A stretch of DNA of 64,000 nucleotides from Candidatus Bathyarchaeota archaeon (GCA_022865885.1 JALHSQ010000055.1:61618-125617), one strand, 5' to 3'. Numbered from the stretch's first letter, positions 39,470 through 49,214 are shown. Made by a program: numbers and translations. The notes: generated by a model not told the origin, from the sequence alone.

Positions 39470-40142
39470 TTTTCTCGCACCGATCAGCTATCTGCAAAGA
39501 AGAGGAGATAACCTTTGTTAACATGCAGATATATCGGTGGCTGTTAAAAGAGCTGCCTTCACTATTTGGTCAAGGAGTCAGGCTTCAGAAATAGCCGTTT
39601 CCTGAAGGGATTCCTCAGTTAAGAGTTATCATTTCCACGTTCTCTCAACTCCCCCTTTCGAATTCAGAATGACTCTGATAATTTCAAGGCTTTTATCCAA
39701 ACAAGTCCTTGGTCAACGTGTACGTTAACCAGAAACTGGAGATATCTCCCGAAAACTCTAATCTTTTTCGGGTATCTGACATCCCCATCATCACAACTAT
39801 GAAAGGGTGAACCGCGAGATAAAGATTATTGGATGATTCTTCTATAATGAGCGCGGAGACTTTCCTGAAAAGCGCGGCAACTGTTCGATCAATTCCGTCG
39901 ACTGTAGGCCATGAATTCCCCAGTCACCGCGTGCGCGCTAAACAACTTATTACACTTTGTCATTCTTTCAACATTGCCAAAAAGTCTCCCAAAAACAGAA
40001 CTGTTACAAAAAGGTCGTGTAAGGAAATTTCTTGTGACGGATTGTGGCCGTCACAGGCTCAAGTCAGTTTTGCCTTAATCTCTGCTTAAGTGACCACACG
40101 TTTAGCGCGCATGCGTGTTCCGAAAATGGTGTAAAATGGTTT

Positions 40143-40517
40143 TTATTCTTCTTTTTTGATTTGAGGGCAGTCTTGAGCTTCGCATCCCTTTCTGGCTTGC
40201 TTGCAGTACCCGCCTTTCTCAAATCTGCAGAGGCGTTTGAGGCGACTGAAGGGTAAAGACACAATCTCAATCAACGGGTCCGAAAGAGCAGCGGAAACCT
40301 GCTGTCGCACTCTGGGCGGGATGAGATAGGCGAATTTTGGCCTTCCCAGCCCCGTTGTAGGCCTCTTTTCCTTCACTACGAGACCTTGATTTGCCAAATT
40401 CTCAAGGTGTAGCCTCAGCGTGTTATGGCTAAAGCCTGTTTCATCCAGTAGTTGGGTGAAGACCTTGGGTTTGCCGCCCTGAAGCGCGGTCAAAATGCGC
40501 TCATCAAACGGATCCAT
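40143..40517 (-). CDS. Winged-helix transcription regulator with Cys-rich C-terminus
   Basis: HTH FTQLLDETGFSHNTLRLHLENLANQGLV. Divergent from the ABC-2 transporter operon. Confidence 0.5.
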   Translation of the reverse strand: MDPFDERILTALQGGKPKVFTQLLDETGFSHNTLRLHLENLANQGLVVKEKRPTTGLGRPKFAYLIPPRVRQQVSAALSDPLIEIVSLPFSRLKRLCRFEKGGYCKQARKGCEAQDCPQIKKEE

Positions 40518-40559
40518 GGAACCGCTTATGCCGGACCGGACTTAAAACCATTTTTAACC

Positions 40560-40718
40560 AATTTAGGGACAAGGCAGCGCGCTTCCTGAGTTCCCTTCTT
40601 CAAGTATGAGAGGGTTGAGGCACATCTCCTGAGCGGCACTTCTCTCATCCCAAGGCACACAATTCTGCATAGACGAAGCTGAAGCACAAGCTGCCTCGCA
40701 AGCGAATTTAGGGACAAG
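40560..40718. repeat. Two copies of the direct repeat AATTTAGGGACAAG, each followed by a (C/T)(A/T)GCGCGCT element, 145 bp apart in the divergent promoter region
   Basis: Exact 14-mers at 40560-40573 and 40705-40718, each followed by a GCGCGCT element. Confidence 0.6.
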
Positions 40719-40925
40719 TATGCGCGCTAGGAATAAACATGCGCACCAAGTCATTTGAAACAAACCATGTTTTTTTCAACGTTGCTTGAAGAAGTCTCTA
40801 GAATTCAGATCGCTACAAGAGGCTGGTCAAATGCTAGCCGAAAGTCTTATTTTGGACATTAAATACTTCCAAGAACATAATCCATGACATTAGCTGTGCC
40901 GATTCCATGAAAATCTGGGGAAGAG

Positions 40926-41915
40926 ATGCTGAATGAGGCTGTGGTTCGAATGATTCCGATCGAGATTTCTTCTGTCAAAAAGTCCTATGGCGATCTGAAG
41001 GCAGTTGATGGGGTTTCGTTTTCGGTTAACGAGGGGGAAGTCTTCGCTCTTGTCGGCCCGAATGGCGCAGGGAAGACAACTCTAATAGAGATATTGGAGG
41101 GTTTACGAAAAAAGGACGAAGGCGCCGTCAAGATTTTGGGCCTTGATCCATGGGAAAATGGCTATGTGCTTCATAGAAGAATCGGGGTCATACCTCAAAA
41201 CTTCACTTTCTTTGACAAGGCAAATCCGACGGAAGCGGTGAAATACTACGCGGATCTCTTCGACGTCAAAGTGGATCCGGATGAGATCCTGAAGGAAGTT
41301 TTGCTGGAGGATTCGACTGGTGTCCTTTTCGAGAATCTTTCAGGAGGGCAAAAACAGAAGATGGGGCTTGCCCTCTCACTCGTGAATTCTCCTGAGCTTC
41401 TTTTCCTTGATGAACCGACTACGGGGCTGGATCCGACCGCGAGAAGGGCGATCTGGGACGTGATAAGAGGCTTGAGGAAAAAACGCAAGACGGTGATCTT
41501 AACCACTCATTATCTCGACGAGGCAGAGCAGCTTTCGGATAGAGTCGCAATCATGAATCATGGGCATATCGTAGCGATGGGGACTTCGGATGAAATCATT
41601 GCGGCTCACGGTTCAGGGGAAAGGCTTGAGATTCACGGGTCCGAGGAGTTGGCTACCTATGTTAGGGCGAACACGAATCTGAAGGTTGAGTACAGAGGCA
41701 AGGGTTTGATCAGCATAGCACTTACTCAAAAAACTGACGCACTGGCAGCCTTGGCGGCTGCTGAACAGTCGGGACTGGACTGGGGCGAAATTCACACGCG
41801 CCGTGACAGTTTGGATGACGTGTTTGTTAAACTGGTGAGCGGCACCATCGACGCGCACGGTGAAATTACAGTTGAGAACAATAATGATGGTTCGCCTGAT
41901 AAAAGGAGGTTATAG
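40926..41915 (+). CDS. ABC transporter ATP-binding protein (ABC-2/DrrA-like exporter)
   Basis: Walker A GPNGAGKTT, signature LSGGQKQ, Walker B LLFLDEPTTGLD. Confidence 0.9.
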   Translation: MLNEAVVRMIPIEISSVKKSYGDLKAVDGVSFSVNEGEVFALVGPNGAGKTTLIEILEGLRKKDEGAVKILGLDPWENGYVLHRRIGVIPQNFTFFDKANPTEAVKYYADLFDVKVDPDEILKEVLLEDSTGVLFENLSGGQKQKMGLALSLVNSPELLFLDEPTTGLDPTARRAIWDVIRGLRKKRKTVILTTHYLDEAEQLSDRVAIMNHGHIVAMGTSDEIIAAHGSGERLEIHGSEELATYVRANTNLKVEYRGKGLISIALTQKTDALAALAAAEQSGLDWGEIHTRRDSLDDVFVKLVSGTIDAHGEITVENNNDGSPDKRRL

Positions 41916-41920
41916 GAAGA

Positions 41921-43015
41921 ATGGTCAGTTTGAAAAGAATTTTGGCTGACCTTCGCTTATTTGGTCGCGGATATCTGAGAAACAGAGTCGGACTGTTCTT
42001 TGGTCTAATATTCCCCGTGATTCTCATTGCTATTTTCGGGGCTATTTTTTCAGGAGGCTCCTCCGGAACGATAAAGGTCTACGTTCAAAACCAAGACACT
42101 GGCCAAATCTCCACATCATTCGTAAATGCGATTAACGGTACAAGCACAGTTCGCGTGGAATTAGTGAGTGTTTCTGAAAACTTCTCGCAATATCTCTCGG
42201 ATCATTCTGCATCCGACGGGATAATTATCCCTGCAAATCTCTCTTCGAACTACATGGCTGGAACACCAGTCAACGTGACGGTCTATGGGAACCCCTCACA
42301 AAGCTCGAGTGCCATCGTAAGCGGAACAGTCACAGGAGTCATAAATGCGTTCAATCTGCAACGTTACGGCGGTTCACCAGTCATCGGCATAAGCCCGACC
42401 ACGGTCAACGCTCAGATCTACAAATACATCGATTTTCTAATTCCAGGACTCATCGGTTTTTCAATACTCGTGAGCCCCATGTTTTCTCTAGTAAACATAT
42501 CCTCGGAATACAAAAAGATAAAGCTGTTCAAGCAGTTATCCTTAACGCCTATGACCAAGATCGAGTGGCTATTATCCAAAGTCCTTTGGTACATATTCTT
42601 GTCAACGCTTTCTTTCTTGCTGATGGTAGCTGTGGGAGTTTTTGCTTTTGGCGCATATATCGCGCTGACATTGTGGCTAGTACCGTTCCTTATCCTCGGA
42701 CCGATGCTCTTCTGTTCATTGGGTATGCTGGTTGGAACCGTGACCAAAAGCACAGAGACGGCCAGCGTGATCGGAAACGTCATAACATTTCCAATGATGT
42801 TTCTTGCTGGTACATTCTTCCCCATTAGCCTAATGCCTGCCTACTTGCAATCGTTCGCACATGTGCTGCCGCTGTTCTACATAATCGAGGGACTTAATGC
42901 AGTTATGATATACGGCAACTACGGACAGGCAGTGCTAGACGTTGTCGTTGTCATGGCAATTACGATTGTTGTCTTTGTAGCTGCAGCGAAATTGTTCAAG
43001 TGGAGAGAAGACTAG
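41921..43015 (+). CDS. ABC-2-type transporter permease
   Basis: Six TM helices, ABC-2 C-terminal block FPMMFLAGTFFPISLMPAYLQ. Directly downstream of the ATPase. Confidence 0.8.
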   Translation: MVSLKRILADLRLFGRGYLRNRVGLFFGLIFPVILIAIFGAIFSGGSSGTIKVYVQNQDTGQISTSFVNAINGTSTVRVELVSVSENFSQYLSDHSASDGIIIPANLSSNYMAGTPVNVTVYGNPSQSSSAIVSGTVTGVINAFNLQRYGGSPVIGISPTTVNAQIYKYIDFLIPGLIGFSILVSPMFSLVNISSEYKKIKLFKQLSLTPMTKIEWLLSKVLWYIFLSTLSFLLMVAVGVFAFGAYIALTLWLVPFLILGPMLFCSLGMLVGTVTKSTETASVIGNVITFPMMFLAGTFFPISLMPAYLQSFAHVLPLFYIIEGLNAVMIYGNYGQAVLDVVVVMAITIVVFVAAAKLFKWRED

Positions 43016-43127
43016 CTTGCAGTAACAAGTACCATTAGTCTTCTCAGCGCACGCGCTCTAACATATGAAAACAGATATCACCATCTCCTTTTTGGAGTAA
43101 GGGGGCTAGTGTGTGCCACTCTTTCTT

Positions 43128-43607
43128 CTAACGCTTTTTCCTTAAGGAGTCAGCCTTTTCCGTCATTCCTTGCTTCTCATAGAACGAAATGGCTTCTAGC
43201 AGGTCTTCTCCTGCAAGTTCAATGCTGCCTTTAGCATCGTTGACCTTGGCCTTTAGTTCGTAGGCAGAAGCGACGCCTACCCAATTCTCAATAGCTTCAA
43301 GCGTCTTGATGGCTTCCAACAGGTTCTGTTCTGCCTGTGCCAACTTGCCCTGCTTGCAATAGAGTCCACCAAGATTGAGGAGTGCCCAACCGTAGCCTTG
43401 CTTGCTGTCGTAATCCGTGCCCTTGCAGAAAGATAATAGTGCTGCTTTCAACCTTTTTTCTCCTTCTTCAAGCCTATTGGTGGAGCCATAGAACACGCCG
43501 ACGCCAAGTTGAGCCCTAGCAATCATCAGCGAATTACATGATCGTTCAGCGCGCGCGCGCCCCGATTTCTTCTCCAGCATGAACAGGGACAACTGTAATC
43601 CTTCCAT
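43128..43607 (-). CDS. TPR-repeat protein. The annotated 5' end overlaps hicA, so the true start is probably an internal Met (approx 43526-43580)
   Basis: TPR-like helices (ALLNLGGLYCKQGKLAQAEQNLLEAIKTLEAI). Confidence 0.45.
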   Translation of the reverse strand: MEGLQLSLFMLEKKSGRARAERSCNSLMIARAQLGVGVFYGSTNRLEEGEKRLKAALLSFCKGTDYDSKQGYGWALLNLGGLYCKQGKLAQAEQNLLEAIKTLEAIENWVGVASAYELKAKVNDAKGSIELAGEDLLEAISFYEKQGMTEKADSLRKKR

Positions 43608-43713
43608 CAGAGTGTTTCATAACTACATGACTCCCTCGTTTTCTAACAACCATGAACCCCACGGCAGAAAGGGCTTTTATGATTTTCTTGGCAGGTTGGG
43701 GTCTCAAGCTCAT
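43546..43713 (-). CDS. hicA: HicA-family toxin (55 aa; missing from the ORF track because it is under 60 aa)
   Basis: Minus-strand translation MSLRPQPAKKIIKALSAVGFMVVRKRGSHVVMKHSDGRITVVPVHAGEEIGARAR matches the HicA pattern (KGSH...H...VPVH). ATGA overlap with the hicB stop. Confidence 0.6.
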   Translation of the reverse strand: MSLRPQPAKKIIKALSAVGFMVVRKRGSHVVMKHSDGRITVVPVHAGEEIGARAR

Positions 43714-43925
43714 TGAGCTGGAACCTCTACGAACTGAAATCCAACCAATTCGATACGTTCTCGCGGTTTTGTTCCTTCAGCCTCCAAGTAGGCTTGAATC
43801 GCTTTTTTGATTCTTTTGATCACTTCGTCCAAGTTTTTTGCTTGTGTGTGGCACCCGGGTAACTCTGGAACTGATGCAATGTAGTAACCGACTTCGTCTT
43901 TTTCCACGACAACACCGAATTTCAA
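43710..43925 (-). CDS. hicB: HicB-family antitoxin (UPF0150)
   Basis: GYYIASVPELPGCHTQAKNLDEVIKRIKKAIQAYLE is the HicB N-domain signature. Confidence 0.75.
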   Translation of the reverse strand: MKFGVVVEKDEVGYYIASVPELPGCHTQAKNLDEVIKRIKKAIQAYLEAEGTKPRERIELVGFQFVEVPAQ

Positions 43926-44254
43926 TCAATCACCACAAAGCATAGTTGATAGACTATTACTAAAGTCTTGTTTCCGCAAGTCTGCAAGAACCTGAGAAGA
44001 GTTGTCCGAAAGGTGTCCGCTGAGCTACGGATTACATTAGTAAAATTCAAATGTTGTTATAAACACTAATATTGTTGTGGAACGGAAGTCAATTTTTCCA
44101 AGAGATATAGAAGCGCGGCTGCACCTGCTTTTTGATATGATATAGAGCCAGCGATGGGAGTTTTGCCCTAGGCTTCCTGTTATGTGCATAGATGAATCGA
44201 AATGCTAAAAAGGCGCATTCCCAGATTCTAACGGACGAGAGAAAAGGCCCATGA

Positions 44255-44350
44255 GGGCCCGTAGCTCAGTAAGGATAGAGCACCGGACTTTTAAGCTGGA
44301 TGCTAAGCAAGGAAATCCGGGGGTCCCGGGTTCAAATCCCGGCGGGCCCG
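44255..44350 (+). tRNA. tRNA-Lys (anticodon UUU) with a 21-nt intron at the canonical 37/38 position. CCA not encoded
   Basis: Acceptor GGGCCCG/CGGGCCC. D-arm GCTC..GAGC. Anticodon stem CCGGA/TCCGG with loop CTTTTAA. The 21 nt between the loop and the 3' stem half (approx 44295-44315) is the intron. T-arm CCGGGTTCAAATCCCGG. Confidence 0.85.
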
Positions 44351-45758
44351 CTTCCATTCTCTTGGAAAGAACATGGGCTAAGAAATTCTGAACTAGTTTT
44401 CATTGTTATGAGCTTCAAGACAGTCTACAGTGGAACACAGAGCTTGTTATGTGGTTCTGTTTATGTTTAAGCCTTGGATTCTGGTCTCGCCTAGATCAAT
44501 TGATTGCCTATCTTCCTGGAGTCTCTTTCGCGTGCAAGCCTATCTGGAGCGTTGTCGTTCGAGTCTGGCGAGTTTTTTCTTCTTCCGTTTCCCCTCTCTT
44601 TCCTTCTTTTTCTGAGGCTGGAATTTTTGCTCTCTTGATTCATGTCTTTCGATGCTCAAGTGATTGTCTCCTTATTCACGTATTAAAACGGAGACTCTAA
44701 TCTCTTTTTCTCAAGACAGCGTGTGCTTCACTCTAGCGCCTTCAAGTCTGCGTTGTTAGCGCACGTGAAGGGCTAACTAGGATTGCATGTGCGTTTAGTC
44801 GCTATACGACATTCTCATCTTTCTCTTCCGTCTCTTTCATGCCAATTTCCCTGACTTTCGCCAATCCTTCTATCAACGCCATCTCCAATTCAATGACATA
44901 CACGTTTCCATATTCTTCTACCATTCTTTCAATAACTCCTAACACTTCTTGTTTCATTCTCTCCATTCGTTCCAAGTTTAGTTCTACAGTCATGATCGCC
45001 AACGTTTCACCCCCCCTTCTTCAGTCCATCTTTCTTCTTGGCCAGACTAAAGTTGCGCACAAGCCCTTAAATCATTCCACACTGGTGGGGCGACTTGCTT
45101 TGTTCTTCTGCGATGGTTCTTCTTCAGTGAATTCTGAATTCATCATGCTTATCTAGTCCGACGCGACTTGAATTCTATAGGTCCGGATAGATATGTCCCC
45201 GAGCGACAAGTCTGACGAATACTTGAGTTTCATGACCAGTTTCATGCAACATAGTAAAGGTCTTGGCGACGTTATCGCACGTTTACGCAAAGCCTTCGGG
45301 AATTCCTCTTCAAATGAAAAAAGCAACAAGATCAAGGACATTGAGAAGCGATATTCAGCCATTCAAGTTGACATCTTGAGTTTGATAACCTCAACATCTT
45401 CATCTCCAACGCCAAGTGGTCGAGATGAAGGCTTTCGTGGTCCTCCGGTGATAATAAGGTGCAGGCAATGGGAAGACTTCAAAGCCCAAGCAACCAACGC
45501 GAATACGGTTTCATTTCTGTACAAGAGCGAAGAACGATCTTTTCAGGTGGATGCTCTCAAGGAAGGGCGAGTCTACACCTTCAGTGGTCAATTACCCAAC
45601 GATCCTCATCTTTTGAGAATCTGGCTGTCAAAGGAGCTGAACGTTGAAGAGAGCAGAGTCCTAGAAGGTATCCTAGCAATAGGCTAGGAAAGAACGCCAC
45701 AGTGTGATGTAGCTTGCTTCAATAGTGCGACCGATTGGTCTTCCTTTCTTCTCTCTCT

Positions 45759-46289
45759 TTATCGAAGAAGGTATGGAAGCCACCACACTATCGAGAAAAA
45801 GTATATGACTGCTATTATTACGTATATTCCGAGTGGTACCGCTTTCTTTAACATGTCGGTTTGCAGATCGCCTGTGTCTTGGTTCTTCGTGATTTTTCTC
45901 GCGGCAAAGAGTACTAGACAAGCCGTCAGAAATATCAGCGGAGACGCCAAGTATGGACTCAGCCATAACGAAGCTATTGCAACGTACATGTTTGCCTCAT
46001 ATAGAGGCGAATTTCTCATATAGCTTATCAGCCTGAGTATTTCCTCAGAAACAACTAGAACGAATGCTACTGCAAACAGATTCTTCTGGATACCTGCAAT
46101 GCTCGTTCGCGATGGTTCTATTCTCTGCAGTTTCTTTTCCTCAGATGGCTTCGGGTACCGATCCGCGGGTTTCTGCCATGATTGACATGCATGCACGCTC
46201 GGATTACGGTGGCCAATGCAATAGTATTCTTTACAGTAAGGGCATATATGGGCTACGTATAGTTGTTTGTTACAGTGTTTACACTGCAC
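45759..46289 (-). CDS. AN1-type zinc-finger protein fused to a multi-TM domain
   Basis: CKHCNKQLYVAHICPYCKEYYCIGHRNPSVHAC matches AN1 Cys/His spacing. 3-4 TM helices follow. Confidence 0.45.
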   Translation of the reverse strand: MQCKHCNKQLYVAHICPYCKEYYCIGHRNPSVHACQSWQKPADRYPKPSEEKKLQRIEPSRTSIAGIQKNLFAVAFVLVVSEEILRLISYMRNSPLYEANMYVAIASLWLSPYLASPLIFLTACLVLFAARKITKNQDTGDLQTDMLKKAVPLGIYVIIAVIYFFSIVWWLPYLLR

Positions 46290-46338
46290 AGATCGTTCCG
46301 CCTTTGTTTATGTGTTGGGTGATATTCGGTAAAATCTG

Positions 46339-46971
46339 TTATGGTGTTTGTCCCGTCAGACGGTTTATGACGTCTGTCCAGAGCGGCATGTAGGCTGTCG
46401 CGTCAATTCTTGCTGTGAGTTCCTTGAACTTAATTGTCAGGGTCAATGTCATGCTTGAAAATCCCATGTTGATCGTTCTGCTTGAGTCTTGATAGTTAAC
46501 CAGTACCTTGCCAAGGACCATTACGCACGTTGTTACGTTATAGACTGTTTCTGTCGTGGTAACGCTTGCGTAGTCGGCCGTTGCGCGGAGTACGATCTGT
46601 CCTTCTGTGTAATTAATGCTGAACTGTGATATTGTGAAGTTTACTAGATTTATGTATGGCAGGATGTCTTTGACGGGATCTATTGAAGTCTCTGCTGCGA
46701 AAACTGTCACTGGGACAGGTATTTGCATTACTGATATGAGCGCAATCGTTGCGAGCATGGTTGCCGTTGCTGCTTGCCACCGCCAACTACCTACTCGGAG
46801 TTTCGGTGTTGCCCACTTTCGCTCGCGGACAGTTTTCACCGGTCGTGTTTCATCCATCTGCTCAGGAATACACCCGCATGAAAGGCATCTGTGGTACAAC
46901 TCGCTAAGGAAGCCTGATGCGTCTCTCCGACAAAGCACCATCATTTCATTGTTGCATTTCGGGCACTTCAA
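46339..46971 (-). CDS. Zn-ribbon (CPKCNN...CLSCGC) membrane-anchored protein (hypothetical)
   Basis: N-terminal CxxC x2, one TM, extracytoplasmic beta-rich domain. Confidence 0.35.
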   Translation of the reverse strand: MKCPKCNNEMMVLCRRDASGFLSELYHRCLSCGCIPEQMDETRPVKTVRERKWATPKLRVGSWRWQAATATMLATIALISVMQIPVPVTVFAAETSIDPVKDILPYINLVNFTISQFSINYTEGQIVLRATADYASVTTTETVYNVTTCVMVLGKVLVNYQDSSRTINMGFSSMTLTLTIKFKELTARIDATAYMPLWTDVINRLTGQTP

Positions 46972-47197
46972 GCTTTTCCCTTCTCTCCCTCTATCGTAGA
47001 AAGACTGAGTTTGCAGATATTTAACATGTTATGTAGAATAATTCTATATTCTCATGTACGACATATTGCACAGCGGACCATGACCCCCAGACTCAGAGAA
47101 CTTGGGTTTGCCATGGGCTTCATTAACCATTTTTCACTTTTCATGATCCTGATTGCCTCCCAAAGATTAATAGCTACCTTGGAAGGCAGCATAATCC

Positions 47198-47692
47198 ATG
47201 TCATACCACATGAGACGACAAGACAAAGAGATAACTGACCCAGCTGTTCTCAAGAAAATACTGAAATCCACGAAATATGTGACAATTGCCCTTTCACTGG
47301 ATAATCAGCCGTATCTTGTCTCATTAAGTCACGGCTACGACGAGAACCGAAACTGCATCTACTTCCACTGCGCCAAGGATGGCAAAAAACTCGACTACCT
47401 CAAATCAAACAACCAAATATGGGGACAAGCACTGCTGGATTATGGCTACTCCGAGGGCGAGTGCAACCATTTTTATGCGTCAGTTCATTTTCAAGGCAAA
47501 GTGACCCTAATTGACAAACCTGAAGAGAAACGCCAAGCTTTGGAGTGCATGACACGCCAGCTTGACAAGAACCCAGAACCCCTTGTCGCGAAGATACCGA
47601 AGATTGATCCAGAACGACTTAAGGGAACAGTCCTTGGCAGGATTGACATAGACTACATGAGTGGCAAGAAATCCAAAGAAGCAAACGTCTGA
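47198..47692 (+). CDS. Pyridoxamine 5'-phosphate oxidase-like FMN-binding split-barrel protein
   Basis: PNPOx-like family resemblance (VTIALSLDNQPYLVSLSHGYDE..IYFHCAKDGKK). Confidence 0.6.
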   Translation: MSYHMRRQDKEITDPAVLKKILKSTKYVTIALSLDNQPYLVSLSHGYDENRNCIYFHCAKDGKKLDYLKSNNQIWGQALLDYGYSEGECNHFYASVHFQGKVTLIDKPEEKRQALECMTRQLDKNPEPLVAKIPKIDPERLKGTVLGRIDIDYMSGKKSKEANV

Positions 47693-47756
47693 GACCGCTT
47701 GCTCTATTCTTGTATGCGATTAGTCTTAAATACAACTTGGTCATGACGCTTTTCCG

Positions 47757-48743
47757 GTGAACAGGATGGTTCTCTATCTTTCTCAAGATGAAGTCAAGCA
47801 AGTTCTGAACATGAAAACAACGATAGACGTCGTTGAAAACGGATTCAAAGAGATGGGCTTAGGACGCGTCGAAATGCCCACACGAATCTACCTTCATTTT
47901 GAGAAGTACAACGGAGTCCTAATCACAATGCCCGCTTACATCGAAGCTCTCGACGCCGCCGGAGTCAAAGTCGTGACCGTTCACCCAAACAACCCGTCAA
48001 AACACGGCCTTCCATCAGTCATCGCCAGAATAATCCTCAACGACCCAAAACAAGGAAGCCCCATCGCCATAATGGACGGAACATACATCACAATGCTGCG
48101 AACCGGAGCAGCAGGCGCCATCGGAATCAAGTACCTCTCAAGAAAAGACTCTGAAAACGCAGCAATCATCGGCCTAGGCGTACAAGGACGCTCACAACTA
48201 CTAGGATTGCGAGAGGTCCGCAACATCAAGAAGGTAAGAGTGTTCGACGCTCTCCCAGAAGCCCGCAATGAATACGTCAAAACAATGTCAAAAGAAACTC
48301 AGCTAGAAATCAAACCCGCAGACTCGGTTCAAGAAGCAGTGAAAGGGGCTGACATCGTCATTACGTGCACTCCGTCCAAAGAAGCCTTTCTGAAAGGTGA
48401 CATGCTCCGTGCGGGAACACATGTTTCAGCAATCGGTGCTGATACGAAGGACAAACGCGAACTAGATACAAGTGTGTTGCTTAGAGCTAACAAGATTGTC
48501 GTCGATTCTGCTGATCAAGCAGCAATAGTGGGCGACTTTGCGATTCCGATAGGAGAAGGTGCATTCACGAAGGAAAAGATGTATGCAGAGCTCTGTGAGG
48601 TCGTGGCCGGAAGGAAAAAAGGGCGAACGAACAGAGAGGAGATCACTGTTTTCAAAGCTACTGGTCTCGCGATGGAGGACATAGTGACAGCCCACAGAGT
48701 GTACCAGCTGGCAAAGGAGAAGGGTATTGGTAGAGAAATCTAG
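47757..48743 (+). CDS. Ornithine cyclodeaminase/mu-crystallin family protein (archaeal alanine dehydrogenase type)
   Basis: Rossmann AIIGLGVQGRSQL. OCD family length and blocks. Confidence 0.75.
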   Translation: MNRMVLYLSQDEVKQVLNMKTTIDVVENGFKEMGLGRVEMPTRIYLHFEKYNGVLITMPAYIEALDAAGVKVVTVHPNNPSKHGLPSVIARIILNDPKQGSPIAIMDGTYITMLRTGAAGAIGIKYLSRKDSENAAIIGLGVQGRSQLLGLREVRNIKKVRVFDALPEARNEYVKTMSKETQLEIKPADSVQEAVKGADIVITCTPSKEAFLKGDMLRAGTHVSAIGADTKDKRELDTSVLLRANKIVVDSADQAAIVGDFAIPIGEGAFTKEKMYAELCEVVAGRKKGRTNREEITVFKATGLAMEDIVTAHRVYQLAKEKGIGREI

Positions 48744-48761
48744 CCAATCTGTATTAGCCCT

Positions 48762-49187
48762 TCATGTTTTTCTCATTAGTTCCTTTGACTTGGTGAAGAG
48801 TTTCTCAAAATATGTCTTCTTGAGTTCACGTCCTTTCCTGATGCACGGGCACTCTTCAGTGTACGCGAAAACGTAGTTACCTTTGATGTTCCCAAGTTCG
48901 AATGGATAAAACCTGCAGATCAATGGCCTCGTTCTGTAGATAGCACATCTGCTGTCTTGCAGAAACATGCATTTTCCATTCGCGGCTTTCCTCATAACGT
49001 AAACGTACGGTTCAAAACTCTCGATCCTTTCAGCAAAATCCTCAACACTCATCTTGGTCTTTTGCGATATGCGCTCCGCCTCTATCTTCAGAAGCAGAAT
49101 CGTCCTCACTTTGTTCTCAGTATCACCGCAACATATTGCGCATCTGTCGCATCTAAAACGAAAACCTTTTGGATACTCAAATCTCAA
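48762..49187 (-). CDS. YkgJ/UPF0153 family CxxCxxCC zinc/iron-chelating domain protein
   Basis: FRCDRCAICCGD is the N-terminal CxxCxxCC signature. Additional conserved Cys. Confidence 0.7.
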   Translation of the reverse strand: MRFEYPKGFRFRCDRCAICCGDTENKVRTILLLKIEAERISQKTKMSVEDFAERIESFEPYVYVMRKAANGKCMFLQDSRCAIYRTRPLICRFYPFELGNIKGNYVFAYTEECPCIRKGRELKKTYFEKLFTKSKELMRKT

Positions 49188-49214
49188 GAACCCACGCGCC
49201 GAACAATCTTTTTC

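Noticed and set aside
39829-40089. 86-aa ORF
   Set aside because: Sits exactly between the GC-rich inverted repeats. Low-complexity composition, no motif. Probably non-coding.
44351-47200. Integrated mobile element at the tRNA-Lys 3' flank
   Set aside because: No integrase, transposase, or direct repeat of the tRNA 3' end found. Only hypothetical small genes. Kept as a low-interest note only.
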